Shown in pieces: positions 20,761 through 30,719 of a DNA stretch of 64,000 nucleotides. Source of the DNA: Myxococcales bacterium (GTDB lineage: Bacteria; Myxococcota_A; Polyangia; Fen-1088); contig JAYUUT010000110.1 in NCBI GenBank assembly GCA_043754455.1, positions 10,588 to 74,587 on the forward strand, given 5' to 3'. Every line of letters starts with the position of its first letter. Position 1 is the stretch's first letter. The notes below the pieces were generated by a model. It did not search any database. It had not been told where the DNA came from and saw only the letters and a program-made list of their open reading frames with translations. A program made the translations under genes and the position numbers.

Positions 20761-21447
20761 ATGGAATGGTTTCTTCAGCATCTGACGTCGATGTCGCCGA
20801 TGTCGGTTTACGGATTCATAGGGGGAATCCTGTTGCTCTGCGGGTTGGGTCTGCCCATTCCCGAAGACATATCGCTGATAGCGGGTGGGTACATGGCCCA
20901 CCTAGCCGTCGTCAATGTCCACTGGATGTTCGTCCTATGCCTAGCGGCGGTGTTGATAGGCGACACGACGGGTTTCTTTTTCGGACGGTTTTTGGGCAAT
21001 ACCGCCATGCAGAGCCGGTTTGTGCACCGCTTTTTTCCCAAGCGAAAACAGTTTCGGGTACGCGCCTATTTTCGGCGGTACGGCGCCAAGATGATTTTTA
21101 TCGGACGGTTTCTGCCCGGCCTGCGCATGTCGATCTTTGTGGCCGCAGGGGTCCTAAAGGTGCCGTTTTCCCTGTTTATTCTGTACGACGGCCTCGCCGC
21201 CTTGGCCTCGGTGCCCTTCTTGGTTTATCTGGCGTGGTTCTTCGGGGACCGCATCGACAGCGTGGTTCAATGGACCAGGAGATCGGAATACGGAATCCTG
21301 GCCGTGGTGGGGGTGGGGGTCGTTTTTGGCGGCATCAAGATCGTGAGAGCCCGCAGAGATCGGGCCCGGCGGCGGGCGCTTCTGGCAGGGCCGTCTGACC
21401 CCCCCGTGGCCGTCGTTTCGTCAGGGAAACCTGACCTGCACGCCTAA
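20761..21447 (+). CDS. DedA-family (SNARE-associated / VTT domain) membrane protein
   Basis: ATG at 20761. 'GLGLPIPEDISLIAGGY', 'GRFLPGLRMSIFVAAGVLKVP' and the conserved F/YGxxxxGRF motif. Confidence 0.75.
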   Translation: MEWFLQHLTSMSPMSVYGFIGGILLLCGLGLPIPEDISLIAGGYMAHLAVVNVHWMFVLCLAAVLIGDTTGFFFGRFLGNTAMQSRFVHRFFPKRKQFRVRAYFRRYGAKMIFIGRFLPGLRMSIFVAAGVLKVPFSLFILYDGLAALASVPFLVYLAWFFGDRIDSVVQWTRRSEYGILAVVGVGVVFGGIKIVRARRDRARRRALLAGPSDPPVAVVSSGKPDLHA

Positions 21448-22176
21448 TCCGACGTCGATTGAGATCCGGAACCAGCGTTTGAGGCCAATCGTCTCTGCGA
21501 CTTGGACGTAAAACCCTACATTTCGGATCGGGTCGTACATGAATCCGTTGGCGTTCCGAATGCCAAAATCAGTGTTCGACACCCCGCTATTGTTCTGTCC
21601 CTGCGACTCGAACACGCCCTGCAAGGTTGTGTAAAACTTGAACATCAGCTCGGGGTCCAACCAAAAACGCAGGCCCGGAGCCAGGCCGAATTGGCGAGGC
21701 CGGTCGATTGTGTCTTTGACGAGGCCCAGGCGAAGATCAAAAATCAAATCGATGGATTCAGAGGCGCCAAACGCAAACTGCAGATCGACAAACAGCGGCA
21801 CGTTGCCGGTACATACATACTTGCCGTCATCGCCCGACTTGTCGCCACAAGGGGTGCCCGTTTTGTAGGGGACGACGACCTCGAACCCAACGCCAGGCAT
21901 GACCGCCAGGGATGTTTGGTGTTGGTGATCGAAGCGGGGGGGCCGTTCGCGGATAACTGTCGGGGAAGTGGTGGCAGTGGGTGTAACACCGACAGAGGGC
22001 GGCCGTTGAACCGGGGCCGGGGGGGCCTGGGATGCCGGGGGCGGCGCCGCGATTGGGCGGTAGGTGGTCGCTGGGGCCAAAGGAGCGGGTGCCCCCTGGG
22101 CCCAACTAGAGGGGGCGACAGCCAGCAGCATAGCGGTCATACTCGCCGCCCCCATGACACGCGGAATGGTTCCCAT
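21421..22176 (-). CDS. Hypothetical secreted beta-rich protein, possibly an outer-membrane barrel
   Basis: Likely start at the internal ATG giving the signal peptide 'MGTIPRVMGAASMTAMLLAVAPSSWAQG'. Pro-rich linker. C-terminal alternating hydrophobic pattern ending '...GLGVQVRFP'. No recognised domain. Confidence 0.45.
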   Translation of the reverse strand: MGTIPRVMGAASMTAMLLAVAPSSWAQGAPAPLAPATTYRPIAAPPPASQAPPAPVQRPPSVGVTPTATTSPTVIRERPPRFDHQHQTSLAVMPGVGFEVVVPYKTGTPCGDKSGDDGKYVCTGNVPLFVDLQFAFGASESIDLIFDLRLGLVKDTIDRPRQFGLAPGLRFWLDPELMFKFYTTLQGVFESQGQNNSGVSNTDFGIRNANGFMYDPIRNVGFYVQVAETIGLKRWFRISIDVGLGVQVRFP

Positions 22177-22261
22177 TGCGGGTCGGAGTATCCGACTGGT
22201 GGCGCGCGGGTGCAATCCCCCTGACGAAAGAAGACGCGGATTGATCGTGGGGGGGGTGGGC

Positions 22262-22984
22262 ATGGCCACGCTGTTAGGGATGTCCCGACCGCTTTGGGCC
22301 ATGGGGGACCGATCGCGCTTGCGGTTTGCACGGCTGCACCTGCCGGACCTACCAGATGTGCGGACCTCAGCGCTGCGTCGGCTGGCCTGGGAGCTGGAAC
22401 GGCGGACGAGTCTAGTGACCAGCCCTGATCCTGTCGAAATAAAGGCCACGGATCCGGAATTATTTCGTCATCCGTTTCTGGTTCTGTCTGGAGATCGCGG
22501 GTTTGCCGCCCCGCCCGAGGCAGACGTGGTGCGGTTGCGAAGGTTCCTGACCTACGGGGGATTCCTGCTGGTGGATTCGGCCGAAGGTCGGGCGGGGGGA
22601 CGGTTCGATGAAGCGGTACGGAAGCTGCTGCAGCGGGTGCTGCCCGAAGATCTGCCAACACGGGTGCCGCCCCAACACGTGTTGTGGAAGTCCTTTTACA
22701 TGCTGCGTGGTCCCAGCGGACGAATCCTGGCGGCGCCCTATGTCGAAGCGGTCGAGCGCGACCGACGCCTGGCGGTGATCTACACACAAAATGATCTGGC
22801 GGGGGCGCTGGCCCGCGACGGATTTGGGCGGTGGGAACACGAAGTCATCCCCGGGGGTGAATCACAGCGGGAGCAGGCCTTCCGGTTTGCGGTGAACGTG
22901 GTCGTGTACGCGTTGTGCCTGGATTATAAAGAAGAACAGGCACACATCGATTTTATCCTTCGCACCCGGAGACAGCGCCCGTGA
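22262..22984 (+). CDS. DUF4159 domain protein
   Basis: 'FLTYGGFLLVD', 'IYTQNDLAGAL' and 'ESQREQAFRFAVNVVVYAL' match the DUF4159 family, which is usually paired with BatA-like / MoxR-VWA modules. Confidence 0.6.
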   Translation: MATLLGMSRPLWAMGDRSRLRFARLHLPDLPDVRTSALRRLAWELERRTSLVTSPDPVEIKATDPELFRHPFLVLSGDRGFAAPPEADVVRLRRFLTYGGFLLVDSAEGRAGGRFDEAVRKLLQRVLPEDLPTRVPPQHVLWKSFYMLRGPSGRILAAPYVEAVERDRRLAVIYTQNDLAGALARDGFGRWEHEVIPGGESQREQAFRFAVNVVVYALCLDYKEEQAHIDFILRTRRQRP

Positions 22985-25278
22985 ACGACCTGGCCTTGCC
23001 AGTGTTCTCCGATTGGCGGGTGACCTTCGGATCGCACCTGCCATCGAAATGGCTGGTGGTGTTGTGTGTGGGGGCGGTGCTGGCGGTTTTGCTGTCAGGT
23101 GTGTCGTTGTTGTGGGAACGGCGACGCCTGCGGGCCTTGGGGTTGTTTGCGCTGCGGACTGCGGCCGTTAGCGCCTGTCTGCTGGTGGCGCTGCAACCCC
23201 GGCTGGAACTGGGCCAGGTTCAACAGATCCCCAACCATGTCGCCATCTTAGTGGACACGTCCCGTTCGATGGGGGTCAAACCGCCAGAGGGCGGCAAATC
23301 CCGGGCGCAGCGGACAGCGGACGTTATTGCCGCAGGAGCTGCCCTATTCGAAAAGTGGAAGAAGGAAGGTCATCACGTTGATCTGTACACGTTCGACGAA
23401 GCGCTGACCCCTGCAAAGGCGGGCCTAGATCCCCAAGGGGAAGCGACGCGCATAGGGGAAACCCTGGCCGAAGTGCGCACCCGGTACGCGGGGCGAGATC
23501 TGGCAGGCGTGGTTTTATTATCGGATGGTAACGACAACGGGCGGGTGGGCCGCGGGCCTCTGGATGGGGAAACCCGCAAGACGTTGAACGCACTGGCTGT
23601 ACCCGTCCATACCGTGTTGATCGGAGAAACATCGTTACGAGATTTATCGGTCGCCGCTGTGCTGGCTGACGATTTTGCGTTTGTGCGCACGCCCGTGAAA
23701 CTGGAGGCGGTGATTCGGTCAAGCGGTCTGGCCCATCGGCAGATCGAGGTGACCTTGACCCGCGATGGACGATTGCAAGACGTCCGCAGCGTGGTCATTG
23801 AGACCGACGAAAGCGAGACGCGCATAGCGTTTGATTGGACGCCCGATCACCCAGGTAATTTTGTATTCGAAATCGCCACGCCGGTTTTGGGAGGCGAGGC
23901 CCTAGCCACCAACAACAAACAACTGTTTAGTCTGCGCGTGATCCGCGATCGCGTGCGGGTCCTGCATGTCTGTGGAAGGCCGTCCTGGGATCAACGGTTC
24001 TTGCGATCGTTGCTGCGCCTAAATCCGAATGTCGATTTGGTGTCATTTTTCATATTGCGCACGACCACCGACGAGTCCCCCGCCAATAGGGATGAACTGT
24101 CATTGATACAGTTTCCCCACCGGGAAATTTTCGAGGAGCATTTGAAGTCTTTTGATCTGCTGGTGTTCCAGAATTTCAACGCCGCGCCGGAATACGTGGT
24201 CGAACCCTATCTGCCCGGGTTGCGCGACTACATTCAGTCGGGCGGGGCGTTGGCCATGGTGGGCGGCGATCTATCGTTTGCAAGCGGCGGCTATGCGCAC
24301 AGCGCCCTGCGGGACGTGCTGCCGGTGGACCTGGATGGAATTCCCATGGCGGGCGACCGATCCATGTCGAAGGATTCGTTCAAACCAAAACTGACCCCCG
24401 AGGGACTGGGACACCCGGTGACATCGCTGTCGCTGGACGCACGCGCGAACGAGGCAAAATGGGGAGCGCTGCCACCTTTAGAGGGCGTAAACCGGGTGGC
24501 CCGGCTGCGCCCTGGGGCGACCGCCTTGCTGGTCAATCCGGCCCTGCGGGGGGAAAAATCCGAGCCGACGCCTGTCCTGGCGGTCACTGATGCTGGCAAG
24601 GGCCGGACCCTGTCGCTGTTGACGGACACCGCCTGGCATTGGGGATTTCTGGCGGCAGGAGGGGGGGACGATGGCCGTGCGTTTCAAAGGTTCTGGGACA
24701 ACGCCATTCGATGGTTGGTGCGCGATCCAACCCTGACTCTGTTGCGGCTGGAACTGGGACGCATGGAATACCGACGGGGCCAGGTGGTGGCCGCGCGCGT
24801 GCGCACGCTAAACGCCGATTATACGCCCGCAGGGAACGTGCCAGTTGCTATCAAATTGATGCCGGTGGATGCCACGGGCGCCAATAAACCCGTCAAGGAA
24901 CTGGCCGTGGTCACCAACAAAGACGGCGAGCTGAACTTCGATCTGCCCGGCATTCCCGCAGGTGCGTACCGGTTGGTGGCCATAGCGACGTTGTCCGGGC
25001 GGGCCTTGACCGAAGAAGCCACCCTGGTCGTACGAACCGAGGGACGCGAATTAGAGGATGTACTGTCGCGGGACGCGGTGTTGAAAGAAATCGCGGCCCT
25101 ATCCGGTGGATCGTTTCGCGTCGGCAGCCTAGGAGATCCCGTTGTTTTGCCCCCACGGGCGGTGAGGGTGGGGAATTTGAAGAACATTGAGATCTGGTCC
25201 AACCCGGGTCTGTTGGTGCTGGCGGTGTTGTTGCTGACCGCCGAATGGGCCCTGCGACGACGCGCCGGACACGGCTAG
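22981..25278 (+). CDS. BatA-like membrane protein: N-terminal double-TM region, VWA-like domain and a class-I glutamine-amidotransferase-like (ThuA/DUF1355-type) domain
   Basis: Two N-terminal TM helices. 'VAILVDTSRSMG' (VWA MIDAS-like). 'VRVLHVCGRPSWDQRFL... FDLLVFQNF... GGALAMVGGDLSF' (GATase1-like). C-terminal TM. Overlaps the DUF4159 stop by 4 nt. Confidence 0.65.
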   Translation: MNDLALPVFSDWRVTFGSHLPSKWLVVLCVGAVLAVLLSGVSLLWERRRLRALGLFALRTAAVSACLLVALQPRLELGQVQQIPNHVAILVDTSRSMGVKPPEGGKSRAQRTADVIAAGAALFEKWKKEGHHVDLYTFDEALTPAKAGLDPQGEATRIGETLAEVRTRYAGRDLAGVVLLSDGNDNGRVGRGPLDGETRKTLNALAVPVHTVLIGETSLRDLSVAAVLADDFAFVRTPVKLEAVIRSSGLAHRQIEVTLTRDGRLQDVRSVVIETDESETRIAFDWTPDHPGNFVFEIATPVLGGEALATNNKQLFSLRVIRDRVRVLHVCGRPSWDQRFLRSLLRLNPNVDLVSFFILRTTTDESPANRDELSLIQFPHREIFEEHLKSFDLLVFQNFNAAPEYVVEPYLPGLRDYIQSGGALAMVGGDLSFASGGYAHSALRDVLPVDLDGIPMAGDRSMSKDSFKPKLTPEGLGHPVTSLSLDARANEAKWGALPPLEGVNRVARLRPGATALLVNPALRGEKSEPTPVLAVTDAGKGRTLSLLTDTAWHWGFLAAGGGDDGRAFQRFWDNAIRWLVRDPTLTLLRLELGRMEYRRGQVVAARVRTLNADYTPAGNVPVAIKLMPVDATGANKPVKELAVVTNKDGELNFDLPGIPAGAYRLVAIATLSGRALTEEATLVVRTEGRELEDVLSRDAVLKEIAALSGGSFRVGSLGDPVVLPPRAVRVGNLKNIEIWSNPGLLVLAVLLLTAEWALRRRAGHG

Positions 25279-25346
25279 GCTCGCTCCCGCACGAGGACCT
25301 CATTTCGTTTGCTCCTTTCTGCTGGAACACAGGGTAACGTGGGGGG

Positions 25347-26789
25347 GTGAAATCCCGGATTGTCGGAGCGCTGTTGCTGATTCACCTGTTGGCGGGGGAA
25401 ACCCGGGCGGGAGCCCAACCGCCTCCACTTTTGCCCGCCGCCCCCGTGATCGATGGGTCAGCCGACATTGTTTCACGAGATCTCAGGGCTGGGGTGGATG
25501 CGTTGGCGGCAGGGGATCTGCCCACGGCGGAAACCTGGTTTCGGCAGGCCATGGCAGCGGCCACAGATCCGGGTCAGCGGCGGTTTGCCGGCGAGTTGGC
25601 GACCCGGGTGAACCAACTGTGGCACGCGCGCCAGCAGAGCTGGAACGGCGGCGGCCTTCGGGGGGCAGGGGCGCCTCGACAGGGCGGCGCACCCGCGACG
25701 ACAGTGCCAGAATATAAGTTGGGGTTGCCTTCGCAAACGACAACTCCGGATGAGGCCCGCACGCCGTTCTTGCTGACCACAACCTTGGCTGGATTGGCGG
25801 TGTATGGCTGGGCTGTGCCAGTGGCCTTGAATGTGGATTCGGCCCGCGCGAACGTGGGGCTGTACATGCTGACCGCCGGGATTTCCTTCTTTCTGCCCTA
25901 CACCATGACCTCCAAGCGCCCCACAACCTGGGGGCAGGCCAATCTTTCGTTCTGGGGGGCTTCGCGCGGATTGGAAGTGGGGGTGTTGATTTCAAACGTC
26001 GCCTTCGGTGCCGATGGAGGGTTGGGCCTATCGGGGGGCCGCGACCAAAACCGGGCGTTTGCGGCTTCTTTGGCACTGGGCAGCGTGGCCGGGTTATCGG
26101 CAGGTCGGTGGGCTGCGGGGCGCCTGGCCCTGACCCCAGGGGACGCACGGCTTTGGGGGTTGGGCGGGGACATGGGCATGTTGTGGGGGTTTGGAATGGG
26201 CCACATTCTAGAACTAGACGGCGACACGGATTCGCAGGACAGCCGATCGCGGGGGATGGGGTCTGCCGGTTTGGTAGGAACGGCAGCCGGGGTGGCCTGG
26301 GGGGCGTTTCTGGCGAACCGGCGCGATCATTTGTGGGGCGATGGCGAGGTCATGCGCATGGGCGCGGTATTGGGCGCGTTCTGTGGCCTGACCGTGATTG
26401 GCCTTCGGGACAATTTCGACAAGACGACCACAGCGACTCTCATGGCGGGTAGCGCAGTCGGGTTGTTTGCCGCCGATCACCTGGTGTCACAGAAGGATTT
26501 CTCACCAGGACGGGCCTTGCTGGTGGATCTGGCCACCGTCGCTGGCGCCTTGGGAGGTGCAGGCCTGGTGTTTCTAACGACCGAGACCCACGAACCACGG
26601 GCGTTCCTAACAGCAGCAGCGCTGGCAGGCGTGGCCGGATGGGGACTGGCGTATGTGTCGCTGGGTCAAGACCTGGCGGATCGGCCTAGCCACCCGCCCG
26701 CGGGCGTCAGTATTGGGTTGGCGCCGCAGTTCACACGCGAAAGGGACGGCAGTTGGCGCAAGGGCGTGGGTTTGATGGGTGCGTTTTAA
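25347..26789 (+). CDS. Hypothetical Gly/Ala-rich polytopic membrane protein
   Basis: GTG start. Signal/TM at the N-terminus. Multiple hydrophobic segments (YGWAVPVALNV..., GAVLGAFCGLTVIGL..., LATVAGALGGAGLVFL...). No recognised domain. Confidence 0.5.
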   Translation: MKSRIVGALLLIHLLAGETRAGAQPPPLLPAAPVIDGSADIVSRDLRAGVDALAAGDLPTAETWFRQAMAAATDPGQRRFAGELATRVNQLWHARQQSWNGGGLRGAGAPRQGGAPATTVPEYKLGLPSQTTTPDEARTPFLLTTTLAGLAVYGWAVPVALNVDSARANVGLYMLTAGISFFLPYTMTSKRPTTWGQANLSFWGASRGLEVGVLISNVAFGADGGLGLSGGRDQNRAFAASLALGSVAGLSAGRWAAGRLALTPGDARLWGLGGDMGMLWGFGMGHILELDGDTDSQDSRSRGMGSAGLVGTAAGVAWGAFLANRRDHLWGDGEVMRMGAVLGAFCGLTVIGLRDNFDKTTTATLMAGSAVGLFAADHLVSQKDFSPGRALLVDLATVAGALGGAGLVFLTTETHEPRAFLTAAALAGVAGWGLAYVSLGQDLADRPSHPPAGVSIGLAPQFTRERDGSWRKGVGLMGAF

Positions 26790-26803
26790 TACACCCGATT
26801 TCG

Positions 26804-26846
26804 TCACTTCTTCTTGAAGCGATCGAAAAGCCCACCACCCGTGGGG
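26804..26846. repeat. Left copy of a ~42-bp imperfect direct repeat, duplicating the last ~14 codons of the DnaJ/DUF4388 gene
   Basis: 'tcacttcttcttgaaGcgatcgaaaagcccaccAccCgtgggg' matches 27978-28020 ('tcacttcttcttgaaTcgatcgaaaagcccaccGccTgtgggc'), with 3-4 mismatches over ~42 nt. The reverse complement encodes '...TGGGLFDRFKKK*'. Confidence 0.7.
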
Positions 26847-26955
26847 AGACGCGTTCGTGCCGGTCGAGGCGGCGCAACGGGTAGCGCCTTAGCCAAGAAT
26901 CAACCCGCGGCTGGGCGATCTGGCCGTTCTCTGTCGCCCTGGTAAGACTGCGCTC

Positions 26956-27831
26956 GTGGCACACCCACCATCCCGCAAGCAGGCCCCGGCCCTTAAGCTC
27001 GCGCGTCCGTCGGTCGCCAGGTGGCAGGCCGGGTTCGCGATGGCCGACGCCCGCGTCAAGGCCGAGTTGCGTGCCCGCGGCCCTGATCCGCTGCGATCGG
27101 TGGCGATCGCCCTGAGCATGATCGGTGCGGTTCGCGCGCGTCCCGGCCCCCACTACGACGATCCCGTACGCCGCCGGGGCGTCGAGCAGGTGCGGGCGAT
27201 CTGGCAACGTCTTCGGGAGGCTACCTTCGCAAGTGAAGCCCGTCGCCCCACCGAACTGGAGCGAGTTCCCCCTCCGCTGTGGCGGCGATCGAGCGTGCTC
27301 TCAAGAAGGTAGATGCCCCTTCCGCAGTCATAGGCGGGTTGGCGGTGATCGCCCGTGGTGTGCCCCGCTTCACCGAGGATATCGACGCGACCGTCGTGGC
27401 GGCTAACCTGGATCTTCCGGGTATGCTAGCGGCGCTCCGGCGCGAGAAGATCGTGCCCAGGATTGGGGATTGGAAGGATCTGGTCGAACGCGCGCAGATC
27501 CTGCTGCTGGTCCATCGTCCCACAGGCCATCGACGTGAGCCTGGCGTGGCTGCCCTCCGAGGAAGAGGCCGTACGGGCGGCCGAGCTCATAGCGAACCGC
27601 CCGCAGAATCTCTGGGATGTCGAGCGGCTCCTGCTCCTTTGGCGTGAGCGAATGGACCTGAGTCGCGTGCGTCGCGTGCTGGCCGAACTGGCCGAGCACA
27701 TCGAGGGCCCCGACAGACTGCAGACGCTCGCGGACCTGCTCGAATCGATGCCATCGCCGCGTGCTGCCCGTGCCGCGCCACGGGCAGCGGCGAGGAAACC
27801 AAAGGGAAGACCACGCCGAGGCCAACGGTAG
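26956..27831 (+). pseudogene. Frameshifted MNT-like (minimal nucleotidyltransferase) gene
   Basis: Three overlapping + strand ORFs in frames shifting +1 at ~27280-27300 and ~27500-27530 read through as one protein. It contains 'IGGLAVIARGVPRFTEDIDATVV', i.e. the hGS-x9-13-D-x-D nucleotidyltransferase motif. It sits inside the segment bounded by the 42-bp direct repeats. Confidence 0.45.
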
Positions 27832-27977
27832 CGGGTACCCCCCTTGTCCAAGAAAATACCGGCGGCCATGGGGCTGCCCGCGTTTGGCCCGAAGGCCGCG
27901 TGCCAAGTGGGCGTCCCGGGGCCTCTAAAACCTGTGCCGAAAACGCAGCCGCGAGGGGTGATTTGCCCCATCCCACT

Positions 27978-29681
27978 TCACTTCTTCTTGAATCGATCGA
28001 AAAGCCCACCGCCTGTGGGCTTGCTTGCCGTGCCGCCCGTCCGTGCGGCGGCAACCGCCTTGTCACCGGGTAACCGGCTGCGCCGCATTTCGATAAGGCG
28101 GGACTCGCGCTGGGCGTCCAGAAAATCCGGCTTCTGCGCCACAGCTTCGCGAAAAAATCTTCCAGCGGCCAGAATATCACCCTGCATTTTGCTCAGGAGG
28201 CCCCGCCAGTAGTGCCCATCAGGAAACCGCGGCCGTTCTTTGAGCACCTCGTCCAGAAGCTTCGCCGTCTCACGCGCAAGCGATTCTTTGGGTTCAGACG
28301 CAACTTCGAATCGGGCCCAGGCCCAGTGCGCTTTAAAAAACGGTTCGACCGGGTTTCCTTTCATCGCATCAGCAAAGGCATCCACTGCCTTCGCCGCATC
28401 ACCTTTTCGCAATAGGGTAAGGCCCCTCGTGAAATGCTCCTCGGCCGCCAAAATCGCAGCCCCTGTGTCCAAGGTCGGCCCGCCACGGCGGCTGGCAATA
28501 TACGCCGCCCTGGCCTTGGCGTCCGACAGGGCCGCGTGGGCCTGCCCCATTCGCGCCACCACGCGTTCAGCATCAGGGATCTGATCGCGCAATCCCAGGC
28601 TGGCCAATCGGTCGGGATGATATTGGCGAATATTTCGCAGATAGGCCCCCGCGACTTCGTCGGAGCGCGCGGTCTCCGTTACCCCCAACAGCTCGAAATA
28701 TGAAAGCTGTTCAAGACGAGATGAAATATCCAAAAGCCGCGTCTTTAGATCGCTAGCCGAGGTTGTAGCGTCAACTTTTGGGCCGACCGGGCGCGTCCCG
28801 GACGCCGGGACCGACACGACTGGCCGATTCGTAGGCGGCGCCGCAGGCGGCGCGTGTGTTGGGGGCACAGGTGCCTCCGCCAAGGTTGGTGGCGGCGGCG
28901 TGGGCGCCACCGGTACCGTTTCCAACAAGTCCATATACAGCAGCGAAAGCAAGACCGCGCGCCCTTCCTGCGGTTTCACGCCAGAAGGCGGCAGATCCGC
29001 AACCAAGGTGACCTGTCGGCCAAGCAGCGCAATTGTTGGGTCGTCTGGGGGAAAACCCAGCGCGGTCGCAAGACCTGCGGGCATGGGCACCAATTTTACC
29101 CGCTGGGCGGTGATGGGCAGCAGTTCTTCCCGCAGCCGCGCGTCGTCGTATCCGGCCCGGATTCCGGGATAGACCAAACAGCGAGGGTCTAACCTCATGG
29201 CCTCGAATTCAGCACCAATGCCAAATTGATGATCGCTAAGCAGGATTTGAAAACGCCCGCGGCGCACGAAAAAGATCCGCTGCAACTTGCGGCGCAGCTG
29301 GGATTTTAAAGCCTCCCCCAGTTGTTTCGCGGTAAGCGCTGCCGATCCGACCAACATGTCCCCAAGCCGTTTGCCTGTGTCATCCGCCTGCACCCTTGCC
29401 GCATCAAGTACCGCCGGTTTGACAAGGCTGCTATCGGACAGCACGCGGTGCAGTCGATCCATCTCATCAGGTCGTTCGACGTGTACGGGCACGCCGTCGC
29501 GCAGAAAAACCCGGCTTTCGTCGCCCGATTCATCAGCAATCACCAGCACCGACGTCAGACGGCGCCGAAACAGTTCGATGATGAGCCGGGAAAATGGCTT
29601 TTCCTGCAAAGCCCCGGTCGCAACGACCCGACCCGGGTCGGGGACGATGGGGGCGTCAGGCGGGCGAACAGGAACCGTCAT
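27978..29681 (-). CDS. DUF4388 (x2) – J-domain (DnaJ) – TPR protein
   Basis: N-terminal 'FSRLIIELFRRRLTSVLVI' is a DUF4388/PATAN-like fold, with a second copy around 'GEALKSQLRRKLQRIFF'. J-domain 'YFELLGVTETARSDEVAGAYLRNIRQYHPDR'. C-terminal TPR-like helices. Confidence 0.7.
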   Translation of the reverse strand: MTVPVRPPDAPIVPDPGRVVATGALQEKPFSRLIIELFRRRLTSVLVIADESGDESRVFLRDGVPVHVERPDEMDRLHRVLSDSSLVKPAVLDAARVQADDTGKRLGDMLVGSAALTAKQLGEALKSQLRRKLQRIFFVRRGRFQILLSDHQFGIGAEFEAMRLDPRCLVYPGIRAGYDDARLREELLPITAQRVKLVPMPAGLATALGFPPDDPTIALLGRQVTLVADLPPSGVKPQEGRAVLLSLLYMDLLETVPVAPTPPPPTLAEAPVPPTHAPPAAPPTNRPVVSVPASGTRPVGPKVDATTSASDLKTRLLDISSRLEQLSYFELLGVTETARSDEVAGAYLRNIRQYHPDRLASLGLRDQIPDAERVVARMGQAHAALSDAKARAAYIASRRGGPTLDTGAAILAAEEHFTRGLTLLRKGDAAKAVDAFADAMKGNPVEPFFKAHWAWARFEVASEPKESLARETAKLLDEVLKERPRFPDGHYWRGLLSKMQGDILAAGRFFREAVAQKPDFLDAQRESRLIEMRRSRLPGDKAVAAARTGGTASKPTGGGLFDRFKKK

Positions 29682-29758
29682 TGGTGAACCTTTCGATCAT
29701 AGCTCTGTTTTTCCTGGGCGGCGATGACAGCGCCCATCTTCCGGGTAGAGTCAGAGGG

Positions 29759-30700
29759 GTGTCGATCGTCGTCATTTTGAACCCTCGATCCCGGGCCAAT
29801 CGCCGTGATCCAGCACGCGCAGACAGGTTCGCGCAGATCCTTGGCGAGCAGGGCCGGGTCGAACGCCCCCGTTCGCTCGAAGAACTGGAACAATTGTGCG
29901 CCGCTTTGGTCAAAGACCCGCCCCGCGTTTTGGGCATCCACGGTGGGGACGGAACTTTGCACAAAACCGTATCGGCCCTTCTTCAAAGCTTTGGCGAGAT
30001 TCCCCTTCCGCCTATCGCCATTCTCCCCGGAGGGACGATGAACGTCGTGGCCGCGTCTTTGAATCTGAGAATCCCGTCCGAACTCTTGCTGGCACAATTG
30101 GCGAACGACGCACGGGCGGGCACGCCCCCCCTCATCGTGCCGCGCCGATGCCTACAGATTGGCGATCATCATGGCTTCGTTTTCGGCAACGGCTTCATCG
30201 CACACTTTCTCGAACGGTATTACGGCACGGGATCTTATGGCCCCGGACGGGCGTTGTGGATTCTGGCCCGGGCTTTTTTCTCAGGCATCGTCGGCGGTGC
30301 CTACGCAAGGCGCATGTTCGCCCGCTTCGCGGGACGATTCACCCTAGACAACAGCGATTTGCCTTTTAAAAGCCTCAGCGCCCTCAGCGCATCCACGGTG
30401 CGAGAAGTGGGACTTGGTTTCAAACTTAACCACCGGGCCGACGAGGATCCCGACAGGTTCTCGGTATTGGGCATCACGGCCGGGGCTGCGGGGCTTGGCC
30501 TAGATCTATGGGCCGTCTGGCGAGGACGTGGGATCTCGACCCGCCGCGCGTTCAGTGCTCTTGGCACCAAACTAGTCATTTCCCCCGACCACAACAGCGT
30601 CTGGCCTTACACCATCGACGGTGACCTGCTCCACGCCCAAGGTCCCCTGATTCTTGCCATCGGCCCGGTCCTTCGCTTCGTTAAACCCAGGCCGCGTTAG
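29759..30700 (+). CDS. Diacylglycerol-kinase-catalytic-domain lipid kinase (YegS/BmrU/sphingosine-kinase-like)
   Basis: In-frame GTG at 29759, avoiding overlap with the divergent upstream gene. 'VVILNPRS', 'IHGGDGTLH' and 'ILPGGTMNV' are DAGK_cat motifs. Confidence 0.7.
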   Translation: MSIVVILNPRSRANRRDPARADRFAQILGEQGRVERPRSLEELEQLCAALVKDPPRVLGIHGGDGTLHKTVSALLQSFGEIPLPPIAILPGGTMNVVAASLNLRIPSELLLAQLANDARAGTPPLIVPRRCLQIGDHHGFVFGNGFIAHFLERYYGTGSYGPGRALWILARAFFSGIVGGAYARRMFARFAGRFTLDNSDLPFKSLSALSASTVREVGLGFKLNHRADEDPDRFSVLGITAGAAGLGLDLWAVWRGRGISTRRAFSALGTKLVISPDHNSVWPYTIDGDLLHAQGPLILAIGPVLRFVKPRPR

Positions 30701-30719
30701 CAAATGTGTCGCGCGACAG

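Noticed and set aside
25483-26148. 221-aa minus-strand Pro/Arg-rich ORF opposite the Gly-rich membrane protein
   Set aside because: The plus-strand reading has coherent hydrophobic TM segments and a signal peptide. The minus reading is low-complexity, so the plus-strand gene was preferred.
27403-28180. Several minus-strand ORFs (167-197 aa) across the 1.1 kb insert
   Set aside because: Low-complexity Arg/Pro/Ala translations with no motifs. The plus-strand frameshifted MNT-like reading is the only one with a recognisable domain signature.
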